64,000 nt of DNA from Bugula neritina (taxonomy: Eukaryota > Animalia > Bryozoa), in assembly GCA_964035545.1 (NCBI GenBank), contig OZ037772.1, positions 5,088,233 to 5,152,232 of the forward strand, read 5' to 3'. The translations under genes were made by a program, and so were the position numbers. Below, one piece after another: positions 40,450 through 52,372 of the stretch (position 1 is its first letter; each line of letters opens with the position of its first letter). Under the pieces are notes generated by a model, which worked only from the letters and a program-made list of their open reading frames with translations, did not search any database and was not told the DNA's origin.

Positions 40450-41319
40450 ATGGCCGACGAGAACGACGCGCCCAGACAGGAGCCAGCAGCAGTAAAGGAG
40501 GATCACATAGGCGGCCCAGCGCTGCCTATGGACAGGTACCACTTGCGGGCTCCCATCTTCTCAGGGGAAGAAGATGTGGAGCAATTCATCACTGAGTTTA
40601 GTGATGTGGCGGACATCTGCGGATGGCCGAATAGGGTTACTCTGATCCAGCTGCGGTTATGTCTGACAGGGCCGGCTAGACCCTATGGAATAAGCCAGAA
40701 TGTCGGTGACATATTTGAAGCACTACGAGCTCGGTTTGGATTAACCGCTCGAGATGCTCGCGTGCAACTGCAGAGTCTTAGGAGAAATCCTAAGACCAAC
40801 CTGCGAGAGCATGCTACCGCAGTCGAACGACTGGCACAAGTCGCCTACAGCGACTTGCCTGCCGACAGTCGACAGAGCCTAGCACTGGATGCATTCCTCC
40901 AGTCTATTTACAACCTCGGTCTGAAACAGCATCTGCTGGTGGCCGAAGTTGAGATTATGGAGAGAGCTCTAAGGCTTGGGAATGCCTATTTCCAAGCCGA
41001 CAGTGCGAGTCGACCTGGTGCGACGATACAGCAGGTCGGGGCAGACGACGTGTCGACGTCGCCGGCGAAGACAGCTGTACAGGTCGCCGCGGCAGCAGCA
41101 GACGAATCTACTAGCTTGACCACAAGCTTGATTCGAGAACTGCTAGCCGAGATCAGGCAACTGCGCCAGCAGTCGACAGCCGAGAGACCCAGGAGGTCGT
41201 CAGTGGCTGTCGACGACAGGCGCAGCCCTGTATGCTGGGGCTGTGGTAGTGGTGGGCACTTCATACGAAGTTGCCCCCGCGGCAGTGGGAGGCGGTTAAA
41301 CAGCAATGGCCCACGGTAA
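40450..41319 (+). CDS. gag: Gag
   Basis: 289-aa ORF, capsid-like FSGEEDVEQFI...W, CCHC knuckle CWGCGSGGHFIRSC. Confidence 0.9.
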   Translation: MADENDAPRQEPAAVKEDHIGGPALPMDRYHLRAPIFSGEEDVEQFITEFSDVADICGWPNRVTLIQLRLCLTGPARPYGISQNVGDIFEALRARFGLTARDARVQLQSLRRNPKTNLREHATAVERLAQVAYSDLPADSRQSLALDAFLQSIYNLGLKQHLLVAEVEIMERALRLGNAYFQADSASRPGATIQQVGADDVSTSPAKTAVQVAAAAADESTSLTTSLIRELLAEIRQLRQQSTAERPRRSSVAVDDRRSPVCWGCGSGGHFIRSCPRGSGRRLNSNGPR

Positions 41320-42302
41320 CTTCCGCCGACCGTGGGCCCCAGTTCAACCCCCCCAAGGCAGAGGCCAAGGCCAAACCCCACCGGGTGAGGAGGCCGCCTT
41401 CGCCAGAGTGGCAAGCCCCAAGGAGAGTGAGTAGGCCGCAAGGCCCACCTAAACCTCCGGCTTGGGCACTCAAAAACCGCTTTGAAGGTTTGCTTGATGA
41501 GGGAGTGAACGACGAGTGGGAGCAAAACAGGGATTTTCCTCGGTTGCCCACACGAGCATCAGTCCGAGAATTCACTCGGCCGCCCGTGTGTGAGCGAGAC
41601 CGAGACGTAACCTGCCTGCCCACGCAACGTCGACTACCCCCTCGCAACCGAAAAGCACAGGTGCATCCCCAACTCCATGCACATGAGGTGTCGCCTCAAG
41701 AGACGAACCGCTCAGTGAGCGCTCAGCCATATGGAAGCAGCTATTTCCTCCCCGGCAAACTTGCTGGCAAAGCTGTCACATTCCTGTTGGATACTGGGTG
41801 CACCACAAATCTACTGAGTCAGCATCTATTCGACAATCTCAGTGCCAGGGACAGGGCTAGCCTAGAACCATATGAAGGGGAACACGGCACGTTGGCGGAC
41901 GGGTCGTGTATTCCTTTCTATGGGGTAATCCAGTTGACTGGTAGAGTCCGTGATCAGACGATCAGTGAGACCTTCATCGTCAGTCAACTCAAGGAGGACG
42001 CCATCTTGGGCATGCCATTTCTGAAGCGACACAGGTGCTACATCGACTTTAGCAAGTTGGCGGTAGTGATGGCCGGGCGTGAGCTGGCCCGTGTCGACCG
42101 ATTTGGCCGACCCTTGGTGGGGGGAGTGCAGGTGGTACAGCGCTGTACTGTACCTGGGCGCTCCCGGGCTACAGTTCGCTGCAGAGTGAACTGTAGAGAA
42201 ATCTCCGAGCTAGGAGTGGTAGAAGGTGCACTGGGGGGCGTCCAGCTCGCTAACAGTCTGAATAGGCTGGATGAGCGGGGGAGTTCCTGGTCCAGTGCGT
42301 AA
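41271..42302 (+). CDS. Aspartic protease region of pol
   Basis: FLLDTGCTTNLL and ILGMPFL motifs. Confidence 0.85.
   Translation: MPPRQWEAVKQQWPTVTSADRGPQFNPPKAEAKAKPHRVRRPPSPEWQAPRRVSRPQGPPKPPAWALKNRFEGLLDEGVNDEWEQNRDFPRLPTRASVREFTRPPVCERDRDVTCLPTQRRLPPRNRKAQVHPQLHAHEVSPQETNRSVSAQPYGSSYFLPGKLAGKAVTFLLDTGCTTNLLSQHLFDNLSARDRASLEPYEGEHGTLADGSCIPFYGVIQLTGRVRDQTISETFIVSQLKEDAILGMPFLKRHRCYIDFSKLAVVMAGRELARVDRFGRPLVGGVQVVQRCTVPGRSRATVRCRVNCREISELGVVEGALGGVQLANSLNRLDERGSSWSSA
41295..41338 (+). promoter_or_regulatory. -1 programmed ribosomal frameshift signal (gag to pro-pol)
   Basis: G_TTA_AAC heptamer at 41295-41301 in gag frame, 6-nt spacer, 10-bp stem GGCCCACGGT/ACCGTGGGCC; the protease ORF is in the -1 frame. 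Confidence 0.75.
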
Positions 42303-42325
42303 ATCCTTTCACGGAACCGGTAGAA

Positions 42326-45300
42326 TTGCCGGCTGGGTCTCTAGTGGGGAAGTTCCACTCCGTACAGGAGGAGGATGTAGGGCTCGCGCTGGAGACGGCG
42401 GACGAAGCCCGTGGGGTACCCACTAGAGACGGCAGGGGGCCGGTGCCTGAACACGTAGCGGAGTTGTACGAGGATGCCTGTGATGGCTGTGAGAGCAAGC
42501 GGGAACGCCTGGTGATGGCGCGGCTACTCTCTGAGTACAAGTACGTGTTTAGTTGCGGCGACCATGACATGGGTCTGACTAAGACTGTCCGTCATGAGAT
42601 ACCCCTGGCGGCGGGGACGGCGCCCATTCGGCAGCCGACCCGCCGGTTAGGTCCTGAGAAGGAGAGAGAAGTGAGCCGTCAGGTGCAAGACCTTCTGAAT
42701 CGGGACCTGATTGAGCCAGGCCATGGGGCCTGGAGTTTTCCAGTCGTCCTGGCTTGGAAAAAAAATGGTAGCTGGAGGTTTTGCGTTGACTATCGCAGGC
42801 TGAACAGCGTGACCATCCAGGACGCTTACCCTCTCCCTAGGATCGATGAGTCGCTCGATGCCTTAGCTTGTAGCAAGTTCTTCAGCACGTTGGACTTGCT
42901 AAGCGGGTATTGGCAGGTGCCCCTAAGTCCTGAAGCACAGGACAAGGCCGCATTTATAACGCGGGATGGGCTCTGGAAATGGAAGGTGTTGCCATTCGGA
43001 CTTACGTCTGCACCGGCCACCTTCCAGCGACTCATGGAGCAGGTCGTGAGTGGGCTGCACTGGAAGACCTTGCTCATCTATCTCGATGATGTCATTGTCA
43101 TCTCCCCCGACTTCGACACACATGTCAGTCGACTCAGGGAGGTGTTTGACAGGCTCCGAGCTGCGGGTCTGAAGCTCAAGCCCTCGAAGTGTGCATTACT
43201 GCAGCGCAAGGTTAAGTACCTGGGCCATGTAGTTGGTCGAGACGGGGTCGCCACAGACCCCGAGAAGGTACGGGCTGCGAGGGACTGGGCCTTCCCTGTC
43301 GACCTCCCTGAATTGCGGGCATTCCTGGGACTGGTAGGGTACTATCGTCAGTACATACCAGACTTCGCCGGAATTGCACAGCCGTTTAATCGGCTGACAG
43401 CAAAAGGGGTGCGATGGCAGTGGACGCAGGCCGAGCAGAGGGCATTTGACCACCTGAAGGATCGCCTGGTGGAAGCACCCATCTTGGCGTATCCTGACCC
43501 TGTGAAGGAGTACATTTTGGATACTGATGCCAGTAACCATAATGTGGGGGCTGTGCTATCGCAGGTCCAAGATGGTCGCGAGGTGGTGGTGGCTTACTAT
43601 AGCAAGGCCCTGTCGGCGCCTGAGAAGAACTACTGTACAACCAGGAGGGAACTCCTGGCAGAAGTCAAGGCGGTCAAACACTTAAGACCATATCTATATG
43701 GGCGTACATTCCGGCTTCGGACGGATCATGCGTCTTTGATATGGCTGTGTCGACGGGCGGAACCATCAAGCCAAGTGGCGCGATGGCTAGAGATCCTGGC
43801 AGAGTTTTCTTATCGGATCGAACATCGACCCGGTAAGAAACACGGTAATGCCGATGGACTCAGCCGCCGCCAGGCAGATGGGTGTAAGCAGTGCCAGAAT
43901 ATTGAGCGCAGGGACGGTGGAACCCCTCGCTCGGACGTTGAAGCGCAGTTGGGGAAAGCGAATGTATACAGCTGGGAGGAAGGGCAACTCTTGTCCAAAC
44001 CTCCCAACGAAGTTGTTAACAACCTTCACGCAAACCCCACGCTGCTCAGGAACGTCAGGGAGCTATGTCGGCTCCAGGCTACGCTACTAGGGGTGGTAGC
44101 TGACCTAGTCCGGGCCAAGAAGGAAGGACGGCGGCCGAGTGAGGCCAAACAGCGAGTGAAGAGTGCAGAGTTTAAGTACTTCTGTGACCGCTGGTACTCC
44201 CTCAGGTTCAAAAGCGATGGGCTGCTAATGATCACGTTGGCAGCCGGCACCAATTGCAGTGAACGAGAGAGGGTAGTTTGCCCGTCCGCTCTGAGGCGGG
44301 AGTTGATCTGGGACACCCATAAGCAAGCTCACGCAGGAGCTAGCCGGGTGACTAGGTGTCTTCAACTCCAGTGGTTTTGGCCCGGTATGACCCTGGATGC
44401 CCGACTCCGGGTGCGGAAGTGCGAGGTGTGCCAAGCTAGCAAGCATGGCCGCCCCACTGAGACCGCAGGGAGGCGTCGCCTCCATGCCGGCCGTTCGTGG
44501 CAGGTAGTTGCTGTCGATCTGGTAGGCCCCATGCCCACAACAGCGAGAGGTAATAACTGGATACTGGTATTAACTGACCATTTCACGCGGTGGGCTGATG
44601 CACTGGCTATTCCAGATGCGTCGGCCCCCTCGGTGGCCAGAGCCTTGGACCAGCATGTGTTCTGCTATTTCGGCTTGCCGGAGCAGATACACTCTGATCA
44701 AGGCGCCCAGTTTCAGTCGCAACTTATGAGCCATCTCTGTAAAGTGTGGGGGGTAAACCAGAGTCGGACGACCCCGTATCACCCGCAAGGGAACAGGGTT
44801 GTGGAGCGGAACAACCAAATGCTAGGGGACTCTCTGAGAAGCCTGCTTATCGGTAGGAGCCAGGAAGAGTGGGACTTGGTGTTGCCGCAGATCATGCGAG
44901 CGTACTGTAGTACCCCTCACTCCAGTACACTGGAGACCCCTAATTCTCTCATGCTGGGGAGAGAAACCAGGGTTCCTGAGCACGTAACCTATCATGTTCC
45001 GACTCCCGAGAGCAATGTCCACGATTACGTGGACAAGCTCGTAAAATGCATGGGGACGGCTCACGAGGTGCTACGTGAGCAGCAGTGGCAGGTCAGAAGT
45101 GGTGACCCTGACGACCCCCCCTTATACAAGGTGGGAGACTGGGTCTGGATGACCAGTCATCGCCGACGGCGCGGACAGGCAGCCAAGTTGCAGCCGAAGT
45201 TCGTAGGTCCCTACTGCGTAATTGAGGTAATGCCAAATCACACCTATAAAGTGGAACGGTCTGGACAAGTGTCGATCCAGAACGAGGCACGACTAAAACC

Positions 45301-45844
45301 TCACTGGGCAAGTCCTGATGCGGCGGGTCAAGCACCTCCTCTCTTAGAGCCTGCTAGAAGCCCTCCTATGAGGGGGCGAGGCATAGCGTATCGAGAGATT
45401 GAGGAGATACTGCCAGATCAGGACGGGGTGGCCGACGCGCCGCCCAACCAGCCCCAGCCACCTCCACCCCAAGAGGAGGAGGCCGACACACCAGAAGACC
45501 TGTCAGAGCCGGCCCCACCACCTGTGGAGCCGGTCGACAGGCCCATCGCCCCGGATGAGATGGAAAAACCTCAAAATCATGAGGAAGAGGCAGCTAGGGG
45601 AGGACCACCCGTACTGGTGGACCCCCCCGTACTGGCGACACCACTCGTGGTGGAAGAGTCACCAGTCGTAGCAAATTCCCCAGTGCAGTTGGAGCGTAGG
45701 CAACGCACTAGGGCGCCTCCATCTTATTTAAAAGATTTCTTGTGTGATGCAGTAGAAAAACATCCATCAGCTATCATAAAAGAAATCTGGGGAGACGAGC
45801 AATTGAGAGTTGCGTTTCCGAGATATAAGAAGACGCAATTGTGA
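42326..45844 (+). CDS. pol: Pol: reverse transcriptase, RNase H, integrase
   Basis: WRFCVDYRRLN, LPFGL, YLDD, TDAS, H-x4-H...C-x2-C, VDLVGP / SDQG / ERNN; separated from the protease frame by a 1-nt loss in the G-run at ~42277-42281. Confidence 0.93.
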   Translation: MPAGSLVGKFHSVQEEDVGLALETADEARGVPTRDGRGPVPEHVAELYEDACDGCESKRERLVMARLLSEYKYVFSCGDHDMGLTKTVRHEIPLAAGTAPIRQPTRRLGPEKEREVSRQVQDLLNRDLIEPGHGAWSFPVVLAWKKNGSWRFCVDYRRLNSVTIQDAYPLPRIDESLDALACSKFFSTLDLLSGYWQVPLSPEAQDKAAFITRDGLWKWKVLPFGLTSAPATFQRLMEQVVSGLHWKTLLIYLDDVIVISPDFDTHVSRLREVFDRLRAAGLKLKPSKCALLQRKVKYLGHVVGRDGVATDPEKVRAARDWAFPVDLPELRAFLGLVGYYRQYIPDFAGIAQPFNRLTAKGVRWQWTQAEQRAFDHLKDRLVEAPILAYPDPVKEYILDTDASNHNVGAVLSQVQDGREVVVAYYSKALSAPEKNYCTTRRELLAEVKAVKHLRPYLYGRTFRLRTDHASLIWLCRRAEPSSQVARWLEILAEFSYRIEHRPGKKHGNADGLSRRQADGCKQCQNIERRDGGTPRSDVEAQLGKANVYSWEEGQLLSKPPNEVVNNLHANPTLLRNVRELCRLQATLLGVVADLVRAKKEGRRPSEAKQRVKSAEFKYFCDRWYSLRFKSDGLLMITLAAGTNCSERERVVCPSALRRELIWDTHKQAHAGASRVTRCLQLQWFWPGMTLDARLRVRKCEVCQASKHGRPTETAGRRRLHAGRSWQVVAVDLVGPMPTTARGNNWILVLTDHFTRWADALAIPDASAPSVARALDQHVFCYFGLPEQIHSDQGAQFQSQLMSHLCKVWGVNQSRTTPYHPQGNRVVERNNQMLGDSLRSLLIGRSQEEWDLVLPQIMRAYCSTPHSSTLETPNSLMLGRETRVPEHVTYHVPTPESNVHDYVDKLVKCMGTAHEVLREQQWQVRSGDPDDPPLYKVGDWVWMTSHRRRRGQAAKLQPKFVGPYCVIEVMPNHTYKVERSGQVSIQNEARLKPHWASPDAAGQAPPLLEPARSPPMRGRGIAYREIEEILPDQDGVADAPPNQPQPPPPQEEEADTPEDLSEPAPPPVEPVDRPIAPDEMEKPQNHEEEAARGGPPVLVDPPVLATPLVVEESPVVANSPVQLERRQRTRAPPSYLKDFLCDAVEKHPSAIIKEIWGDEQLRVAFPRYKKTQL

Positions 45845-48397
45845 GTTGCCTACCCAGTGGTGTAATATAAACACTACCGGGGGTAAAGAAAAGAGCGAAG
45901 CCAGCTCGCTAGTAAAAGGGGTGTTATTTAATCACTTTCACTGCGAAGAGCGTTCTTTTCTATTTTACTGCCAACGTGCACGCATGTACTTGGCAGGCCG
46001 GCGTACTACATAGCCTAAGTGGGCAGCAGACTAAAGTCAGGGCTGCCTTATGGTAAGTCTACTAGTATAATTCTATTAACTAAGTAGAATTCAAGCTGGT
46101 AGCTTAAATCAGCCTCGCTTTATCATAACGATAAAGCTGGTTTCCCAAGTCAGGTGATTCACTGACGACTTGAGTGAGGCGGTCGACCACATGATTTATT
46201 ATTAATCAGTGGTTAGTAGATTGCGAGACTCAGTCGAGGTGTCGTACTGACAGGTGCAAACCCCTTCAACAGTTTCCGGCATTCTATTGCAGGTGAGACT
46301 TTAATGGCGGAGCATAATTCTTTCTCCTGGCACCACCGTAGCGCAGTCACACATCATTCATCACATTCTTTGTCGACTACGATGCTGACTGCTTGACTGG
46401 ACTCTTGTAGCGACATAACAGCAATGCTGATGATTGTCGTAGCAGATGGTGCCCCACTATGACAAAGTGCAGGAGGCAGCTGACAGAGGAGTTCTTCCCC
46501 TTTCTCGTCCTAGCGACAACGCATCGATGTAACATTACTTCAAGAGGAATGCCATTAGACAGAGTAGCTCTTCCCTCTCCTCTCCTAGCGACGACGTACC
46601 GATATAGACATAGCAGTTCCTCTCTTTTCTCGCCTGTAGCGACATCATAATAATAAAACCGTATAATATAAAAAGAAGTAACAAGTAATATTAAAGATTC
46701 CTGCATGAAGTTAATACTTAAATATAAAAGTCAAGATGAAGAAGTCTTTACTTCCCCCCTTTGGGAATTCGACGGCGATGAGTGTGGATGTTGGTATTCT
46801 ACACGATCCTCTAGAAAGAGACCAGTCAACCCCCCCTTCTCCATCTTCCCCGTTTGGGAAGATTTCTTCGTACTCCCCAACCCCCTTTCTTCTCTCTCCT
46901 TTGGAGAGATTCCTTTGCCACGCTTGATTCTTCTGGAGACTTCTCGACCACCCATTGCTTGGTTCTGACTATGTGAGTGTGAGACAGTACCTCCCCTTCT
47001 CCACTAAGTTCATGCTGTCTTACATATTTGGTGGAAGATACCCTACCCTGTGACGGACCCGGATCGATCGTTTTGTTAATGTGAAGTCGTATTGAATACA
47101 TTATTTTGTGTTCTCTTATTCTTGTTGTTTGTTTTTGGTCTTTTGTTTTATTTTATTTTATTTTTATTTTTAATGTTGTCATGCAAGTATTGATCATAGA
47201 GTGTACTTTTCGATAGGTGTGGCGAGTGTGATAGATTTTAGTGGTGCAATCATTATTGGTATTAATCAAAAAGGTCCACTCTATACTGTATATTATATTG
47301 TGAGTTCGACTACATCACCTGTAGCTATGGACAGCAGTGGCACCACTAGTAATCACCAATCAGGACGGGCACACTAATTGATAGCAGGTGGAGCTAGCTA
47401 CTCGTAGTTGCAGTGCGCTGAGTAGCTAGCCGGCAGAGCAGTTTGGGACTTCATTTAGAGTAGTTGTGTATAAAGCTCACTAATTATGTAATCGTTTCTA
47501 TTCATGTTAGCAGTAAACAAACCTTCTTGTATTCGTGAAATAATAAACTTATCTTAGCGTAAACAACCTGGTGTAGTGGCTTTGTTTAAGTTGACCCACA
47601 CATAATATAGTGAACTGCGAAATTCACTACAATATACTGCATCATTTATAAAACAACACTGCTTTTGACCTGTGATGATTTTATTTTGCTCTGAATATTT
47701 TTGTTTTCACTTTAAATATTACTTTAGCATACTGCGCATGTACTTTATTACTCAATAAATTTTTTTGGCTGTAAAACATAATCTGAACTGTTAGGAATAA
47801 AAAAAATTAGAATTCTCCCCGATGTTTCTTTGATGCTTTTTATTAAAAATGCAGCAGCTCTTTATTTGCAGTAGACAATTTTTTACTTCATAAACTTGCT
47901 TCGAACAAAAAAATACCGTTAACTTTATTTTTATTCATAATTCAAAAGACAAGACTTGAGTTTTTTTCAAAGTGATGACTGTTGAACTTTGTTAAATTTT
48001 TAGTTGGTAGAGGTTTTATGATGTTTATAATAAATAGGAGTTATATATATATATACATGCACACGTGAATGGGTGAATGGGTGAATATAATTATAGTCTG
48101 AAAGTTAGCTTTTTGTGGTAGTTAAAATAGCTATGTACGTAAACTGTGCCATACAAAATACAGAAAAGTTAAGGATAGCTGACATAGCTATAAAACTCCA
48201 ATTAAAACTGCAATGAGGTGTGCTTGTTGTTTGCATATCAACATACTGCAAAAAAAGCTTTCAAGGCCGTGAATTTAGCCAACAGTTTAAATATTGTATA
48301 AATGAAGTATAGAAAGTAAATTGTTTTGTTTATTCACTTCTAATTAAGTTACTATCTTGTACAGACATGTATATTCAAACAAATTACTCAACATTTA

Positions 48398-48695
48398 AGT
48401 AGTTTTGAGTTGATGGGCCAGCAGCCCCTTCCTTCTTCCTTGGTGTTATGATTTAGCTACCTGCTTTTAAGTCAGCAGTCTGTGGTTCGAATTCCGGTGG
48501 AGGAAAAGTTTTTACAAGCTATTCCACACTTGGTGTAGCAGTACTCTAAGGGAGTTGAAAGGCTCAGAGAGCCTGAAGACTGAAGGAGTAGTAGAAGGGC
48601 CAGTCGAGTTCAGAGAACTCGGTGAAAGGTAGTGATGAGTTTACCCAATATCCCCTGTGGTGTAATTAGTTAGTTTGCCTGCGTGCTTTGTAAGT
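48398..48695 (+). mobile_element. tRNA-TRIM, older two-LTR copy with truncated 3' LTR
   Basis: LTR1 ends TTTTTACA, then AGCTATTCC; conserved internal GCCAGTCGAGTTCAGAGAACT; second LTR from ~48629. Confidence 0.6.
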
Positions 48696-49005
48696 GGAAA
48701 TCTACTTCATCTAAATGTTAGTTGCAAGCATTTTGCGTGTTTAAAATAATTTTAACATGAATTAGTTATTAAGAGTTGATAGATATATTTAACTGAACAG
48801 TGTCGTATAGTTATTGTTATCATAAAACTTGAACAATATATTTCAATTATTCAAAATTGCGAAGTCGATATATGTGTAGCAGAGAATTTATTACTTAATA
48901 ATATCAATAATAACAAGCATGTCTGTGTAAATGCTTCTATGAGTATTATTTTGAGCTGAAAGGCATAAATTCAAAAGTTAAGTTTTTGTTTCACGTCAAA
49001 CAGAT

Positions 49006-52000
49006 TCACTTGTCTCGGAGTTGTCTCCAGCCACCACTCTGGTGAATAATCAGATCTCTGTGGTTATCAAAGTATTCTATCAGCCAATCAGCAATCAGAT
49101 GAACAAATTTCAAATCACAGCTGTTTGCCTGTATGTAGGTACTCTGCTAGTCTGCAGGTAAAGATGATGGCCTACAAATTCAAGTTTCAAACAGGTTCAT
49201 CATTAAAGACCGATGGGTGGATTTACTATATGAGAATTTATTTTAAAATCTAAATGCTGTGTTAGAACATAACAATGTTGTTTCATCCGGTCATTGATAT
49301 AACAGCCACTTTTTAAAAAAAGTAATTTTATAACTCCTTAATGTAATTGAAGACTGCATGATGCGATTTGTTTTGAAGGTAAATTCATCAGCATAATATA
49401 CAGGTTGGCGACGTAGTGCAGTTAAATATAGTTTAATTTTTAATGAACAGATTACAGCAGCTTGTAGCACTATACTTAGAACTATACTGAGTTGGTGTTT
49501 TGGAGCAATTAACACAAGTATATAGCAAATTAAGGATTATATAGTAAACAATAATTATAAATTCAACTTAATTATTTGTTTGTGTTTGATGTGTATGTTT
49601 ACCAAATAAGTAAACTAGGCAACCTATTGGATCATGTATATAGGTACAATGTTATAATTTTACAAAAGTATTTTCATATGTATCTATATTTACATATTAC
49701 TTTATTTTGTACACATCAGCAAATTATGACCAAAAATTGAAGCTATAAAATTAAATTCTTGAAAATTTACGATATGGAGTATTTTTGTGTCTTGAATTTA
49801 ACTATACATAATAAAGAAACCGGAAAGAGGTCCAACATTAAAGTGAAACATCACTGAAATTTAAGCGGAATCAAAAAACACTTTGATTATCCAGTTGTGT
49901 TTGTTAATATTTCATTACGTTAGGAAAACTCCCTTCCCATATACATTAACTAAGCTAAATTAATAAAAACAACTAAAAACCAGAAATATTGAGTGTGAAA
50001 TAACCTGCACTCACCCTCATAGTCCTGTTCCATGTTGGGAGAGAAAGTATATCTTCTAAAGCCATGTAGAAATGACATTTAAAGTTAGCCAGTGTGTTAG
50101 AGCCTTCAACGTACTCTGTATAAAGGTCAGATGCCTTGACAGCGTCATATATTGCTTGATTAAACATCTGGTCATAGCAGGTAAACACTGTGAAAGGACA
50201 TTCAACCAGTTATTTATGAGTTATTTACAGGTTAAAGAATAACTTGCTAGGTAACACTTGAATTGAATGCATTGTATACCTATAATAATATAATTTGAAT
50301 GCAGTGTAATATGGTATAGAGCTATATAAGATATAAGATATTCTAATATAAAACAATAATATTATAATGATAATAATATAATGATATAGCAAGATGTGTT
50401 AGAAAGAAATAGTATAGTAAACTACTATAATAATGATATAAAGTAAATATTATAAAAATAATATAATAAAATAATAATATAAATGGTTCAATAAATAAAC
50501 TTTCTTAAAAAATCCCCCCCCCCCTCCCCTATGCTTTTAACAATTAACTAATCCAATGTACTTGATAATAAATATAATTATCTGTATGATTTTATGATCA
50601 ATTTGCTATCATGTTATATAGTTTTTTAGAGCTATTTGCTTGAAAACTCATGCATGTAAAATGAATGACTATAATTCTGTCAATTTTAGTAATATATAGC
50701 TGTCTTTAAATTTAGATGCGTTCAAGATTGATTATAAAAACGAAAAAAAAATAAAAATATTAGGTTAGAAAAAGTAAGGCAGCTGAAACGGTTTTCCAAT
50801 TCAACTATATGTTTACTAAACTTTAGCATTGCAAAAAGAGAAATTTAAAAGTTAGGGTGCCTTTGCTCTTAACTGTTTGGAGAATATAACAACTACACTC
50901 ACGGTAATTGTGGAGTCTACTGATGATCGGGTCTTCAGAATAATCTATAAGGTTCTTAAAGACAGGAACTTCTAAGTTTCCATTTGGAAAAACAATGGCG
51001 GCCTTGTGGCTTAGACTAGAAAAACAACAATAATAATTATAATAACATGTGGCAATATGAATATATAATAAAATACAGTTTTTTAAATTTCTTATTAAAA
51101 ATATTGTACAATAACTTGCAAGTTTATTTATTGTAGTTATATAATACAAGTTAAAAATAAAGCCGCATGACAAGTAGGGGAAACCCGGGTGATATGGGCC
51201 ACTTAAGCCCACAGCCCAGGCTGACTATGGTTGATTGAAAATTATTATTTCATCATGTGGGTGCTATCTCTACTGACATACAAACTGAGTTTGAAGCTCC
51301 TATACAGATGCTTAACTGAGCTATAATTGAAAATTAGTGGACCATATCACCCGAGGATTTTTTGAAATTTCGGGTGATATGGGCCACCACAGACTCCGTC
51401 ACATAAAGTCAGCTTTTTTGTGTTGAAAATGCATTTTGCTATATTAAAAAGTAACATAAAACAATAGATTTAAAATAAGTGTGTAACAGCTTCTTTTAGT
51501 GCCTCCTAACTCCAAGCATTTCAAATATTTTTGAAAGAATATCTTGGCATTTAAAATACATTGCATGAGTATGAATATTTCAAGCACACATTATACAGCA
51601 ACTGGCTATATTGTTGTCTAATCATATTTAGAAGTTTAATGCTTCATCATTTTTTGAAACACTTGAGAAATAGTATTATTTTTCTTCAAACAAGTATATG
51701 AATAGAAAAATTCACGGTCCATATCACCCCCCAAGTGGCGGTCCATATCACCCAAAAATTATGTCACCAAAAATTTTGAATTCCTACAGGCAGAGAGTGG
51801 ACAAGTATTATATATACTATTTGGGTATTTATACATACCTTCCACACATTATCTGTAGATACAGGCCCCTTACTTCAGGTAATTTTTTTCAATGAAAATA
51901 TATCCACAAAATTTGTGAAAAGTTATAAGAAAATGAGCAAAAAGAGAAAATGTGTCTTTATTTTCTAAGACAAAGAGACAAGTCTAAAATATGTAGACAG

Positions 52001-52372
52001 GGAGTTAGATATTCCTATTTCTAAGCAATGAGACACTTTTCAACTTTCTGGTAGCCTTGGATACTGCAAAACATGCATGGTCCATATCACCCGGGTGGTT
52101 CATATCACCCAGGTTTCCCCTATATAGATATAGGCTAGCCTCTGAAATATAATTATACATGCATCAAGAGTCAATGCACTAAAGGTGCATGTCTATATCT
52201 TGCAATTTCTTTAACTTTTCAACTCTTTTAACTTTACTACATTAAGATAAGATTATTACTATTTGGATAGAAATGATTTAATAATATCAGAACTATAAAT
52301 CACTTCTCCTTTTGATAGCCCCAGTTCTTTTAGCATGAGGCACTTTGGGTGGCCGGCACCTAAGCGATCCAT
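49006..52372 (-). pseudogene. Inverted paralog of the Bcl-2-like gene, frameshifted in its last exon
   Basis: Exons 52372-52260, 51015-50903, 50187-50015, 49171-49006; the last exon is 166 nt versus 162 nt because of a 4-nt CTAC insertion near 49135, giving a stop before the BH2-like GGW. Confidence 0.75.
51177..52120. mobile_element. Non-autonomous Tc1/mariner-pogo-type TIR element
   Basis: TIRs GGGGAAACCCGGGTGATATG / CATATCACCCAGGTTTCCCC; TA on both sides; repeated internal CCATATCACCC motifs; absent from the left-arm paralogous intron. Confidence 0.85.

Larger units (their letters stand above)
39986..47631 (+). mobile_element. Full-length Ty3/Gypsy LTR retrotransposon
   Basis: LTRs 39986-40394 and 47227-47631 (TG...CA; roughly 7 substitutions and 3 small indels); ATAT TSD at 39982-39985 and 47632-47635; gag-PR-RT-RH-IN order. 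Confidence 0.96.

Noticed and set aside
42270-42326. Second programmed frameshift between protease and RT
   Set aside because: The related copy at ~21500 reads through this point in one frame; a single G loss in a homopolymer (mutation or sequencing error) explains the break.
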